From assembly GCA_963706325.1 (NCBI GenBank), contig CAVPLT010000001.1:1-64000 (forward strand): DNA of 64,000 nt. Reading direction: 5' to 3'. Below are positions 48,124 to 58,821 of the stretch, one piece after another. The notes below the pieces were generated by a model. It worked only from the letters and a program-made list of their open reading frames with translations, made no database searches and was not told the origin of the DNA. The position numbers and the translations under genes are program-made. The DNA is from an uncultured Nitrospiraceae bacterium (GTDB lineage Bacteria > Nitrospirota > Nitrospiria > Nitrospirales > Nitrospiraceae). Every line of letters begins with the position of its first letter. The stretch's first letter is position 1.

Positions 48124-49131
48124 TTATACGACTTGTTCCTCATCTTCTTCATCGCGAAGCAAGAACGAGCCCGACCGTTCTCCAGTCGCCGCGGCTCTCA
48201 AGTGTTCAGCGGGCGGCGTAGAACCTGCGCTCAGACGAGTAAGCGTCTCGACGATCCGGTCAGGGCTTCCCCAATCGCTCCACCAGACACCCTTCATCTC
48301 CATCACGGCCGTATCGCCGGGCGCATGCGCCAGGAGATCCCGTGAAAAATTAAGGCGGGGCATCTGCGCATAGATCGTGCGCAGAAGTTCCGGTTCCCTG
48401 GGCGTGTCGATCGCATCTCCGAGCCGTTCGAAGAGATCCATCATCCTTGGGAGCACCCGACGTCCAAGATTCCAGATGGTCTCCACGTTTCCGACCATCA
48501 TAAACGTATTCCACAGGGCTCCCGAACGATAGGCCAACTCTGCCAAAGCCGGCTCCGGTTTCTCCAGGAATGCTCTGACGGCTCGGACGGGGCGGGCGCC
48601 GAACCGGGTCAGATCATCGCCGGGTTGAATCCACCCATAGTCCGTTTCCGGGGCCGTAGGACGCGCCGCTAGTAACAATAGCCTTGTCGCCAGCTTCTCC
48701 GCGGCCCGCATGGCGTAGGCGACTTCGCCGAGAAATCTCCCTTCGGGAAATATGAAATGATCGGAAGGAGAAATCACGACCGTCCCCTTCAGATCTCGCG
48801 CCCGGATGTAGGTCAGCGGGAGAAAAATGCCCGGCGCGGTATCGGCATCCCCCGGTTGAACCAACACCATTCCCGGATCCCGTTCACCGATTTGGCCCCA
48901 GGCCTTCTGATGTCCCCGCCCGACAACGACGACCGTGCGCGTGGGATTCGTGAACTGCATGGTGCGGTCGAGGGTATGCTGAAACATCGACCGCGTCCCA
49001 ATGAACCGACAATATTGTTTCGGCGTCGTCCGGCCGAACCAACGCCTGATTGCCGGTTGCATCCGGACGCCTTCGCCTCCCGCTAACACGATCGACCAAC
49101 GCCGGCCATCCGGTTTCGTTATCTCCCGCAT
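48124..49131 (-). CDS. Sugar-phosphate nucleotidyltransferase (mannose-1-phosphate guanylyltransferase-like)
   Basis: LAGGEGVRM, PKQYC, QP...TAP, PSDH, YGWI, FLEKP, WNT, WSDWG. Confidence 0.88.
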   Translation of the reverse strand: MREITKPDGRRWSIVLAGGEGVRMQPAIRRWFGRTTPKQYCRFIGTRSMFQHTLDRTMQFTNPTRTVVVVGRGHQKAWGQIGERDPGMVLVQPGDADTAPGIFLPLTYIRARDLKGTVVISPSDHFIFPEGRFLGEVAYAMRAAEKLATRLLLLAARPTAPETDYGWIQPGDDLTRFGARPVRAVRAFLEKPEPALAELAYRSGALWNTFMMVGNVETIWNLGRRVLPRMMDLFERLGDAIDTPREPELLRTIYAQMPRLNFSRDLLAHAPGDTAVMEMKGVWWSDWGSPDRIVETLTRLSAGSTPPAEHLRAAATGERSGSFLLRDEEDEEQVV

Positions 49132-49242
49132 GATGATCCCCTTCCGTGGGTGATGGCCATGCGGCCGTCACTCCCGAGAGACGGCGTCCCCCATGCCACC
49201 CGCCGTTTCTGCCGGCTTCTTCGCGGTGAAGAGATCGGCTCC

Positions 49243-49353
49243 CTAGCCTGGTAGATCCAGCAGGGACAGACCCCAGAAGACCATCACTCCCATGGCCGCA
49301 ATAACCAACACCAGCAATAACGTGACCGGCGCCATAACTTTTAGATCCTTCAT
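49243..49353 (-). CDS. 36-aa single-pass membrane peptide
   Basis: MKDLKVMAPVTLLLVLVIAAMGVMVFWGLSLLDLPG*; AAGGTG RBS; just downstream of the ATGAA box array. Confidence 0.6.
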   Translation of the reverse strand: MKDLKVMAPVTLLLVLVIAAMGVMVFWGLSLLDLPG

Positions 49354-49430
49354 TTCATTCACCTTTTCTCAATCTATCCCAACGAGATCGTCCTGCTGAC
49401 TCTTGTCGTGATGCCACTGTACTCAACCAA

Positions 49431-49470
49431 GATGAATCGACGATGAACATGACATGAAGAAGCGTTCATA
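49431..49470. promoter_or_regulatory. Putative OmpR-family binding array
   Basis: ATGAA at 49432, 49443 and 49454 (11-bp phase) plus inverted TTCAT at 49465. Confidence 0.6.
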
Positions 49471-49550
49471 TTGAGCGCGACCGGATCCGTCAATGGGTTG
49501 ACGGAAGAGTGCACGAGGGGTGGTCGAGAAGAGAGTGTCCCGTCGGACGA

Positions 49551-50975
49551 TCAACCCTGCGGAGCGGGCAGCGTCAGCGTGAAGACCGAGCCTTTTCCGA
49601 CTTCGCTCTGCACGGAAATGGAGCCATGGTGGGCCTCCGCGATTTCTTTCACGATGGGAAGGCCGAGGCCGTGGCCGCCCGAATCCCTGGCGCGCGCCGG
49701 GTCAGTCCTATAGAAACGCTCGAACAGCAGCGAAAGGTGCTCCTGCGCGATCCCTTGCCCCGTGTCTCGAACGGCCACGCGCACGTCGCCCCGAAAACCA
49801 CTCAACTGGACTGTGACGGCGCCGCCCGGATCCGTATATCGCAACGCATTATCCAACAGATTGATGAAGACCTGTTTCAAGCGCTCGGCATCGCCAAGTA
49901 CGGGTGGCACCGCCTCTTGCTCGAACACCAGCCGGATACCACGATCCTCCGCCACCGGCGTCAGGTCCTCGATCAACTCCCGCAGCAGCGGCTCGAGTGC
50001 GAGCAGAACGAGATCCACGGGCGGCCGGTCACCGGCGAAGCGAGCCAGAGTCAGGAGGGATCTCGTCAATACGATCAGGCGTTGCACCTGATAGAGGTTG
50101 GAGACGAGGACGTCCCGATATTCTTCGGCGGATCGTGCACGTTGTAACGCCACCTCCAGGTTGCCTTGAATGATGGTCAACGGCGTCTTCATTTCGTGCG
50201 CGGCGTAGTCCACGAATCGTCGCTGGCTTTCGGATGCTCTCTGCAAGCGGTCAAGCATGGCATTGAACGCCTGGGCCAGCTGCTCGAACTCCTCGAACGG
50301 CGCATTCAGATTCACCCGCGAGCGGAGGTCGGATGCAGAGATGCTTTCAGCGGTGCGACTGAGCGCCTCGATGGGCGTGAGGGCCTTACGGGCCAGCCAT
50401 CCGCTGCCGAACCACGATGTCGTCAGGACCGCCACGGACCCCAGCATGAGCAGGCCCATGAGGCTTCGATGCGTCCTCCTGAAAAACTCCAATGACTCTT
50501 CGGCCTGAAGCAGATAGCGTACCTCGTCCTGTTGCCGTATCGGAACGAAGACTTGACGAACCGACGCCCCGGAAGAGGTCTCGATCGTCTCATACACCAC
50601 CTCCCCGTTTTTGCCCCGTTCCAATACCGCGCCATCCACCGACGGCCTCGGGACCACCGCACTGCCTTCCCAAACCACCGTCCCGTCGAGCGACAGAATA
50701 TGAACCGAATGAGAGACCTCCCGCAGTTCCTGCATCCGTTCGTCGGCCACTTGCGCGCCTCGCGGGACGACGAGTTCATGGTCCGGCCGCTTCAACAACT
50801 CCGGCCGTTGTTCGATCAACTCGGCCAGGGTGTCGGCGATTCCGAACAACCGGCGGTCTAAGTACTGCTGCAGCAGACTGTGGAATCCGATATAGACGAG
50901 CATATTGAAGACGACGAGCAGGGCGGCGATGAGCGCCACCGTGTAGAGACGGAACTGTGTGCGGAAGCGGCTCAC
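49551..50975 (-). CDS. Membrane sensor histidine kinase (HAMP-HisKA-HATPase, CusS-like)
   Basis: Two TMs, FNAMLDRL, AAHEMKTPL, NLLDNA.RY, DTGQG, FERFYR, GLGL.IV. Confidence 0.93.
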   Translation of the reverse strand: MSRFRTQFRLYTVALIAALLVVFNMLVYIGFHSLLQQYLDRRLFGIADTLAELIEQRPELLKRPDHELVVPRGAQVADERMQELREVSHSVHILSLDGTVVWEGSAVVPRPSVDGAVLERGKNGEVVYETIETSSGASVRQVFVPIRQQDEVRYLLQAEESLEFFRRTHRSLMGLLMLGSVAVLTTSWFGSGWLARKALTPIEALSRTAESISASDLRSRVNLNAPFEEFEQLAQAFNAMLDRLQRASESQRRFVDYAAHEMKTPLTIIQGNLEVALQRARSAEEYRDVLVSNLYQVQRLIVLTRSLLTLARFAGDRPPVDLVLLALEPLLRELIEDLTPVAEDRGIRLVFEQEAVPPVLGDAERLKQVFINLLDNALRYTDPGGAVTVQLSGFRGDVRVAVRDTGQGIAQEHLSLLFERFYRTDPARARDSGGHGLGLPIVKEIAEAHHGSISVQSEVGKGSVFTLTLPAPQG

Positions 50976-51646
50976 TCACCGGTCTCCAGCTTGTATCCCA
51001 CTCCGCGCACCGTGGCGATCAAGGGGGAAGAGAAGTCCCGGTCGATCTTGACCCGCAACGAACGAATGTAGACATCCACGACATTGGTCATGGGGTCATA
51101 ATTGAGACCCCACACCCGTTCCAGAATCGCTGTCCTGGTCAGGACGATGTCGCGGTTCCTCAGCAGATATTCCAACAGCGCGAACTCCTTGCTGGTCAGG
51201 ACGATTTCCTTCCCGGCCCGCCACACGCGGCGCGACGCGGGATCCATCTCCAGATCCTTCGCCTTTAGGCGACTGCCGACATGTGGCCCGCCTCGCCGGA
51301 GCAGAGCCCGGACCCGCGCCACCAATTCCGTAAACGCAAAGGGTTTCGTCAGGTAGTCGTCCGCCCCGGAATCAAGCCCGGCAACCTTGTCGTCAACCGA
51401 ATCGCGGGCGGTCAGGAGCAAGATCGGCGTCCGGATTCCCTTCGCTCGGAGACGCTTGGACAGCGTCAACCCATCCAGCTTGGGGAGCATGACGTCCACG
51501 ATCAGCAGATCATAACTTTCCTCGGTGGCCAGGATGAGTCCCGTCTCACCGTCGCTTGCCGTTTCAACCGTATGCTGTTCTTCCTGCAGTCCCTTGCTGA
51601 GAAATTGCGCCAGATCAGCATCGTCTTCGACGATCAGAATACGCAT
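50972..51646 (-). CDS. OmpR-family response regulator (CusR-like)
   Basis: VEDD, DVMLP, LTA, DDYLTKPF, TNVVDVYI..LR.K, TVRGVGY. Confidence 0.95.
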   Translation of the reverse strand: MRILIVEDDADLAQFLSKGLQEEQHTVETASDGETGLILATEESYDLLIVDVMLPKLDGLTLSKRLRAKGIRTPILLLTARDSVDDKVAGLDSGADDYLTKPFAFTELVARVRALLRRGGPHVGSRLKAKDLEMDPASRRVWRAGKEIVLTSKEFALLEYLLRNRDIVLTRTAILERVWGLNYDPMTNVVDVYIRSLRVKIDRDFSSPLIATVRGVGYKLETGE

Positions 51647-51750
51647 GGGCTCCTCGCTTCAATATCAGGTGACATGCCGCGCTCGCTTCCGCTCACTGCC
51701 GGGTGATCAGACGGCGCGATCATAACAAGTACGGACCTACTTTCTGGCGG

Positions 51751-51790
51751 GATGAACGATTCTTCATCCAGGCTTCATCAAACCTTTATT
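51751..51790. promoter_or_regulatory. Second, inverted copy of the ATGAA binding array
   Basis: ATGAA at 51752, TTCAT at 51763 and 51774, TTTAT at 51785; core ATGAAGAAnCGTTCAT shared with 49454-49469. Confidence 0.6.
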
Positions 51791-51930
51791 GGAGGGTGAG
51801 AACAGGTTGCCCGAACGCTCCGACCAGTCACTGAAAGAACTCCGCCTGCGGCGCCTGACGAATGCGCCGGACCACGCCGGCTGCGGCGAGACCTTACAGA
51901 TGGCACCGTACTTCGGCCCTGTCTCAGACT

Positions 51931-52470
51931 TTACCTCATCGCCGACGCACTCGACCGCAGGGCTTGCGTCAAGCCCCACAACAGAAATAGGGCGTAGACG
52001 GTGCCGAAGAACCAGGGGAAACTGATCGCTCGATGGGCCCACCACTGCCGATGCTGCCGGAAGGCCCAGGAGGGCTCGAAACTGCGTGGCTCATTGGTCT
52101 CGTCCACGATCGTTTCCCGATGCTCTCGTATGCGGTACAGCGCGCTCACCGGCTTTCGTTCCGGCCACTCCGGCATGCCTTCGATCCCTCGCAGTTGCCA
52201 CTCCCAGAAGCCATTTTGGGCGGACAATCGTCCCAACACAATCGCCATCTGCACGCTCATGAGAATCCCGATCGTGCTCAGCAGCACGATGACGACGGTA
52301 AAAGGAAGGGCCACGGATTCTCGCGAGACGAGCACTCCGATCACGGCGACAAAGATGGAGTTTGCCGTGAGGTAGTCCGACAACATGCTGTGATAATCTC
52401 GGACACCCGACGTCCAGAGCGTCAGGAGGTGACTGTAATCGGACTGCATGGCGCCTCGATCCTGAGCCAT
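51931..52470 (-). CDS. Hypothetical membrane protein (about 3 TM)
   Basis: AAGGAG RBS; two N-terminal and one C-terminal hydrophobic helices. Confidence 0.65.
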   Translation of the reverse strand: MAQDRGAMQSDYSHLLTLWTSGVRDYHSMLSDYLTANSIFVAVIGVLVSRESVALPFTVVIVLLSTIGILMSVQMAIVLGRLSAQNGFWEWQLRGIEGMPEWPERKPVSALYRIREHRETIVDETNEPRSFEPSWAFRQHRQWWAHRAISFPWFFGTVYALFLLWGLTQALRSSASAMR

Positions 52471-52615
52471 ACCATTACGCTCCTTTGCCGGACCGTGCGG
52501 CCAGGCGATACGCATTGTGGAGGTCGGGCCCCGTGCGCCGCCGGCTGATGAGGGCCCTGTTGATCGCAAAGACCGTCGCCTGACAGGCGCCCATGTGCGA
52601 CCTGCGTCTCCGACC

Positions 52616-53773
52616 CTATACCTGTCCCTGTTCTCGTAAGGCGACGACCAACTCCCGTTTTCCTATCAGCAGCGCACCCAGACCAAAGAGAATTGTCAGT
52701 ACGGTGACAAGTCCGCCGAGGATCGGGATAACGGAGAGGATCGAATAGAGGACCAGCCCTGCCACGAACGGGCCCGTTAAAGACGGCGAGTCCGGTGGTC
52801 TGCGTAATAGCAACTGACCCAGACAGGTGATGGCATAGATTCGCGCCAGGTACACCATCGCCAGATACAGCGCGAGCAGGATGACACCGATGGGCAGCGC
52901 GAACAGCGTCACGAGGAAACTGACGGCGACGACAGGAGTGGCGACTAACGCCACTGTGCCCCAACCCAGCGAAGGTCCTGGACGTTCCCGCATCGTCGAC
53001 GTCACGCGGAGGGTAAACAGAGGGTACACACGCAGCAGCACCAATCCGAGAAGTAACGTGGAGAGGAAACTGATGACCGCGGCCATGACTTGCATTCCGA
53101 CGATGCCGCGGCGGGCGTTTTCAAGCGACCACCCCTCCGGCAGCGGACGACGTAGAATCGCCCCATGGACAGTCGCCTCCTCATCGATCACGGGAGCCGC
53201 CTCACTCCAGTAGCGTAGCTTGCCCCAGACGACGGCTTTGGACATGAGATGCACTGAGCCGGACGCCACCGCGAGATCGCGTTCGACCTCGCCGGATAAC
53301 GTTGCATTGCGCGCGCCGACTCTCGCGTCTCGGCCGATTTTCCCTGCGAGTTCCACATTGCCGCCGCCGGCTAGGAGGTTCTCCTGGACCTTCGCGGTCT
53401 TCGTCAGATGGATGTCCCCGCCTCCGATCGTGACGTTCCTGCCGATGGTTCCAGTGACGGTGACCTGCCCTCCCGCGATTCTGGCATCTTGGGCCACCGT
53501 GCCGGACATCGTCACTTTGGCCCCCGCTACGATGACATCGCCGTTCACGATGCCGTCTATCAGGACATCCCCGCCGGCGGCATAGAGATCGCCATTGACG
53601 ATGCCGGATATTTCTACATGCGGACCAAAGGCGAAGTAGTCGCCCTGAACAACTTGACCGGCTTGCAAGACAGCACGATCACTGAAGGGCGACCGAGGAG
53701 ACGCCTCATCGGCAAAGGCCAAGGGTGAGAACATCAACCATCCCAACGACACACAGAAGATGAATGGAATCAC
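52616..53773 (-). CDS. Bactofilin-like beta-helix repeat membrane protein
   Basis: Signal peptide, repeated V.GD...AG..V...G units, C-terminal multi-TM region ending ..PILG....L.GLGA. Confidence 0.75.
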   Translation of the reverse strand: MIPFIFCVSLGWLMFSPLAFADEASPRSPFSDRAVLQAGQVVQGDYFAFGPHVEISGIVNGDLYAAGGDVLIDGIVNGDVIVAGAKVTMSGTVAQDARIAGGQVTVTGTIGRNVTIGGGDIHLTKTAKVQENLLAGGGNVELAGKIGRDARVGARNATLSGEVERDLAVASGSVHLMSKAVVWGKLRYWSEAAPVIDEEATVHGAILRRPLPEGWSLENARRGIVGMQVMAAVISFLSTLLLGLVLLRVYPLFTLRVTSTMRERPGPSLGWGTVALVATPVVAVSFLVTLFALPIGVILLALYLAMVYLARIYAITCLGQLLLRRPPDSPSLTGPFVAGLVLYSILSVIPILGGLVTVLTILFGLGALLIGKRELVVALREQGQV

Positions 53774-54220
53774 GATCTCTGCCTCCCTTCTCTGCCGGTC
53801 TTTGGCTCAGTCCGGTTGGCGCCGTCATTTCCTCACTACTGCTGCCGCACGAGAACGACGATCGTTGGGAGCGCACCTGACAGGCCGCTGATCGACGCTG
53901 ACTGTTCCGAGGCGTCGGACAGCACGCAGGGCGGTCGATGCTGATTGTAGGACATATCCACGTCTGTTCCCACACCATAGTCAGGCACGTCTTTTCACGA
54001 GAATCGGTGGTACTTCGGTGACCCCGGCGATTCAACCGCATGCCTATTGTGATGCTCTGTCATGTAGATAATGCGGATCACCTTCGCAGCATCAGAGGGA
54101 GAACTCGTGTCCAACTGATATTGCCGCGGCAGGCACCGTGAGGAGGGCATTCCGCATCGCAAGTGTGACCTATGGATAGAACTCGGCCTGCCGAATCCTC
54201 GACGGCTTGATGGGTCCTGC

Positions 54221-55948
54221 TCACAGGTGACTGCGCACAGACAATAGGAGCAGATGCTTACGGCCCGGCTGTCGAAACTCTCGAATCCGCTCCGTCACGA
54301 GATCCGATCGCCCCTCGAGAACTACCGCATGCTGCTCTTCCGTAATCATTCTGATAGTCCCCTGCGTACGCGCCGCCTGGATAACCGCATCCTCAGTCGG
54401 TAAATCCGGTATCACCGTATCCCGCTTGAGGTAATACACGGCATCCTCGTTCTTCGGCCAACCAGGGATATACATGAACAGGGCCGGTGGTGCATCCAAA
54501 GCCAGAGCCTTGATTTCCTCCGTGGCCTTCCGCGGTGACGCGGCTTGGTCAATCGAAGGGAACACATAGCTGACGATCAACACGACATAGCCGACGGCAA
54601 GCGCGCCGACGATACCGAGCGAGAGACGCAGACGAGAACGAATCGCGGCGTGCAAGAGCAGCACCGACAGGCACACGATCGTCAGAATGAACTCGGGAGA
54701 CACCACCGTAGACGACACCAGCCACCGGCGTCGGAGCGGCGCCGCGCCCAGGAACATCCCGGCAGCGAAGACGACGGCCAAGATGACGAGCAAGACTCTC
54801 AATAGTCGAGGCATCGGTTCGGCCCCGTCGGCTCGGGAAAAGGCTCGGTCATAGAAATATCCGATCACTAAACCTAACCCGGGCACAATCGTCGTAAGGT
54901 AAGGTTCGCGTTTGAGCGTGGCCAGACTGAATGCCGTGAAGAGGCTCAGAACCCAGACGAGTAGCAACAACTCTGTCGGATGGGATCGAAAAGGTCGCTG
55001 CCTCCACAACAGCAGGAGAGCAGACGGCACGAGCGCGCACCAAGGGAAAAAATCAGCCCACATCATGCCCAGATACCAATACAGGGGATGCCCGTCGGTG
55101 GCGGGTCCGGAACCGCCTACGAATCCGGTATTCCAGACAGACTGAATCGCTTTACCGAGGTTGAAATGGTGCTGATACGCAGGACCTAACATCTGCGCGT
55201 ATCCCGCCATCATGGCAACAGCTACAGCCAGGCCGGCCCAGAAGTATCGATCCTTCAGCATCCGCGCATCGCGCTGAATGGCGGCATAGACCGCCATGAC
55301 GAGCAGAGGCAAGAAAAACCCATGCATTTCTTTCAGCATGGCGCCTAGAGCCATGCTGACGAAGGCGAGCACATACCATCGTGAGCTTCGGCCCAGTAGT
55401 TGAACCTGAATCCATGCAAACAGAGCGAGCGTCACGAAAAAGGTCAGGGTTGAATCGAACAGGACACGACGCCCGTACCAGATAAACACGTGGGTGGTCG
55501 CCACGACGAGCGCAGCCCAGAATCCCGCCGTCGACGACACCAACCTTGCCCCAAGCATGTAGGTGATGATGATGGTGCCCACCGCGGCCAGCGAACCGGG
55601 CAAACGCAAAGCAATTTCGTGGTCACCCCAGATTGACGTCGAAGCATGGAGCAGCCAAAAGAACAGCGGGGGCTTATTGACGTACGGCACACCCTGGTAG
55701 GTCAGGTCGAAAAATTCGCGCCTCCGCCCCATTTCTCCGGCAATGCCGGCATATAGCCCTTCGCTGCCTTCCAAAAGAGAGAGATGCAGATTCGCAAAAT
55801 AGCCCCACGCTCCCACCATCGCCAGCAGCGCCATTTCGCCATACCGACGCGCAACGGGATTGTCGCGCAAGTACTGACGGAACGACCTCCATTCATAGGG
55901 CATTGATGTGATATCCGTTTGTGGCGAGCCCACGTCCATATCTGGCAT
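54221..55948 (-). CDS. ArnT/PMT-family (GT-C) glycosyltransferase (start uncertain)
   Basis: EGLYA..A.EM, NKPPLFFW, RLP, K...GF.LP, HP..WY...FFPW, K...Y. Confidence 0.85.
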   Translation of the reverse strand: MPDMDVGSPQTDITSMPYEWRSFRQYLRDNPVARRYGEMALLAMVGAWGYFANLHLSLLEGSEGLYAGIAGEMGRRREFFDLTYQGVPYVNKPPLFFWLLHASTSIWGDHEIALRLPGSLAAVGTIIITYMLGARLVSSTAGFWAALVVATTHVFIWYGRRVLFDSTLTFFVTLALFAWIQVQLLGRSSRWYVLAFVSMALGAMLKEMHGFFLPLLVMAVYAAIQRDARMLKDRYFWAGLAVAVAMMAGYAQMLGPAYQHHFNLGKAIQSVWNTGFVGGSGPATDGHPLYWYLGMMWADFFPWCALVPSALLLLWRQRPFRSHPTELLLLVWVLSLFTAFSLATLKREPYLTTIVPGLGLVIGYFYDRAFSRADGAEPMPRLLRVLLVILAVVFAAGMFLGAAPLRRRWLVSSTVVSPEFILTIVCLSVLLLHAAIRSRLRLSLGIVGALAVGYVVLIVSYVFPSIDQAASPRKATEEIKALALDAPPALFMYIPGWPKNEDAVYYLKRDTVIPDLPTEDAVIQAARTQGTIRMITEEQHAVVLEGRSDLVTERIREFRQPGRKHLLLLSVRSHL

Positions 55949-56347
55949 GCCCGCATCGATCGACGATGATTACTGCGCCACAGGTCAGCCCCGATTTCAT
56001 GAGCAGCATGTTTCGATCATTGCCTTTTCGCAGGACGGGCGACGCGAGCAAATCAATACAGAATGTCCAGGCCAAATTCAATCACTTACTCTCTTGATTG
56101 TTTTGCGCCACCGGCCATCCCCTACCCGCATGTTCCAATTCCATATTTTCGCGCATCACGCTCATGCCGGTCGCCCGGCCCGCACCCGTCTTGCGCCGCA
56201 CTGCGGCGGGATCGCGCGCAGACTATTGATGACCCCCGACAGGCCTCCGCCTCAGACAGGTGTGAGACGCGAGGCAAGAATTCCACGGCCGGCAGGTATC
56301 CGCCTGAAAACCTCCGACCACCCTATGCCATGCTTCCCGCCTTCGGG

Positions 56348-57379
56348 TCAGAACCGGTACTCCGCCCCGATGGAGACGATCGAGTCGCTGAAGTCTCGGA
56401 GGACAGTCGTCGACGTGCGCTTTCCGTACTGGTATGCCAAGGTTATGATTGCCACAGGCGACAGACGATACCGAACCTCCGCTATTCCTTGGTGCGTGGA
56501 GTCGAAACGATTCAGATGCGTGTCCCCGGCGATACCGCTTGTAAACGTTTTCCGGCGATGAATATAGGTGAGCTCCAGATCGAATCGCGAATGCAGATGC
56601 AGCTCCGTGCCGACCGACAGCATATGCAGGTAGTACGACACATCGTCCATGAACTGCGTCTCCTGCCGACCGTCTGCCAAACCACGCTCGTAGAGGTAGG
56701 AGAGCGTCACCATCATCCAGTCCGTCGCGCGATAGTCGACGCGAGGACCGACCGTCCAGAACGTCGTATCCCGCTCGGCAAACGACTCATTGTAGAGACG
56801 GAGACCATATCGACCGATCAAGGCCGCAGTGATGGCCTCACTCACACGCCGTTCAACTTCAGCTCTCCAGGTGTGGGAGCTGACCCGCTCCTCTTGAATC
56901 GACCGGGTCCCGGTACGACGCTCGAAATTGGGTCCCAAGAACAGGTTGGGGACATAGCGATATCGTAAGAGCAGCGAGGTGTCCGCCGTAAGCGCTAATC
57001 GATCCTGGATACGATAATCGCCATGGTTAAAGATGGGGTTGTTCGTATAAATTGCGCCCTGCGCCTTGACCGATAGCTCATTGCTTCCCAGCGAGGTGTT
57101 CGTTGCCTGGATGAGTTCGACCGCCGGTTCCCAAATCACATCCTGCGGTTTATCGATCGACACCACCGTCGGCTGCGACGGATCCTCACTGAATCGAAGT
57201 CGGCGAGCGGAAGAAAACTGAAAAGCGTCGGTGGTGTAACTGGTCTTCTGTTCGGCAATCGCCGCCCATTCCGCTTGCGCCGGCGTGCCCGGTCCGTACA
57301 AAGCAGTAGCCGCAGCAACCCACAGGGACGCGCGAAGCGCCAGCACCAGCAAAGGCGCTCGCGCGAGCTCATCGCGCAT
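56348..57379 (-). CDS. Putative outer-membrane beta-barrel protein
   Basis: Signal peptide (AQA), alternating amphipathic strands, terminal GAEYRF beta-signal. Confidence 0.75.
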   Translation of the reverse strand: MRDELARAPLLVLALRASLWVAAATALYGPGTPAQAEWAAIAEQKTSYTTDAFQFSSARRLRFSEDPSQPTVVSIDKPQDVIWEPAVELIQATNTSLGSNELSVKAQGAIYTNNPIFNHGDYRIQDRLALTADTSLLLRYRYVPNLFLGPNFERRTGTRSIQEERVSSHTWRAEVERRVSEAITAALIGRYGLRLYNESFAERDTTFWTVGPRVDYRATDWMMVTLSYLYERGLADGRQETQFMDDVSYYLHMLSVGTELHLHSRFDLELTYIHRRKTFTSGIAGDTHLNRFDSTHQGIAEVRYRLSPVAIITLAYQYGKRTSTTVLRDFSDSIVSIGAEYRF

Positions 57380-57514
57380 GGTGGGACGAAGAACTGCACG
57401 GACCGCAACGCATGCCCCACTCCGTGCCAGCGCTTGGAAATAGAGCTCTCGTCATGATCCGCTCCGCATCATCGCGCTTACAGATGCATCACCAAGCCAG
57501 GCGGTGAAAACCGC

Positions 57515-58312
57515 TCAGCCTTGCACCCCAAGCAACTTGGCCATATTGATCACAATGAGGGTTACCGCAATCGTAATCGTGATTGACGCGGTCATTCGAT
57601 TCGCAACCGTCGGCGACCACCAGGCCCCGATCCTCACACCCAGCACCATGCCGGACACACTGCCCAGAAGCACGAATCCCATGAGCGCCCAGTCGACGCG
57701 TCCAAACTGAAGATGCCCCACGATTCCGCCGATGGAGATCAGCCCGATAATACTCAACGAGGTCCCAATAGCCGTCCGCGTCGGAAAGCCCAATATCAGG
57801 ATCAGCGCCGGGACTACCAGGAATCCCCCACCCACCCCGAACAACCCGTTCATGGCGCCCACCACCAACCCCATTCCGCCCACCTTCAGCCAGCACGTCC
57901 GCGGAAACCGGCTCGCGCAACTCTCTTCCCGCTCGGCATCCAGCAGCAGTGTACGCTGCCGGGTGATCAGGGTCCTGGCGACTAAGAGCAAGATTCCAAA
58001 GAGCACCAGCAACACTTCGTCCCGGAATAGCCGATGCCCGAAGGCTCCCCCCCAGGACCCGATCATGCCGGTCCAACTGAACGCCGAGGCGGCTTTGATC
58101 TTCACGAGCCCCTGTCGGCCATACTCCCATGCGCCCAATAGCGCGGATGCGGCCACGATCATCAGCGACATCGCCGCCGCCTCCTGCAAGGGGATGCCGG
58201 CGATATACACCATGAGCGGCACCCCCAGAATCGCGCCACCCGTTCCTGTCGCCCCGAGCTGCAACCCGATCGGCACCCCTGACAGAACGGAACGCAACGC
58301 TTCGTCGATCAT
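57515..58312 (-). CDS. Sulfite exporter TauE/SafE family protein
   Basis: G.TG.GGAILGVP, GLFGVGGGFLVVPAL, AIGTSL. Confidence 0.9.
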   Translation of the reverse strand: MIDEALRSVLSGVPIGLQLGATGTGGAILGVPLMVYIAGIPLQEAAAMSLMIVAASALLGAWEYGRQGLVKIKAASAFSWTGMIGSWGGAFGHRLFRDEVLLVLFGILLLVARTLITRQRTLLLDAEREESCASRFPRTCWLKVGGMGLVVGAMNGLFGVGGGFLVVPALILILGFPTRTAIGTSLSIIGLISIGGIVGHLQFGRVDWALMGFVLLGSVSGMVLGVRIGAWWSPTVANRMTASITITIAVTLIVINMAKLLGVQG

Positions 58313-58821
58313 GGGGGACTCATTATGCTGATTCTCAACCGACCATCATCCATGGATTGGAAAGCGCGAAATAAGAGAAGGCTACATTCGGAATCACCGC
58401 CGCCCTGTGCTTCTTCGTCGGCGATTCCTGACCTCATGGGGCGGCTGGCAGGCTCGGATCGACGCGCCCACCATAACCACTCCTGCCATGGCTCACCTTC
58501 CGGGAGCGTGATGGTGTCCCTCAACCCTTTTTATACTTGATGCCTCCCCACATCACTGACTTCCCCCACTGGCATGCTCAAACGCAAACTTGATTCTCAC
58601 TTGTTAAGAGCAAGAAAAGACCAATTGGATTCATGCTAGGGGTGAACCGGCCCGTTTTGCGTAACACGATGAGGCCCGCTCGGCCTTCCCGATTACGACG
58701 CTTTGTGCGCGAATTCGCCTAGGCCTATCGACCATTTCCCTTCTCACTAGGGAAATTGTCAGGTTGACATTACTCCCCTTCGGTCAGTAGTGGTAGAGTG
58801 ACTATATTGCCTGGAGGTATC

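Noticed and set aside
58590..58625. Fur-box-like TTGATTCTCA and a sigma54-like TGGT...TTGC upstream of tauE
   Set aside because: Poor Fur match, and the GG-GC spacing is 9 rather than 10
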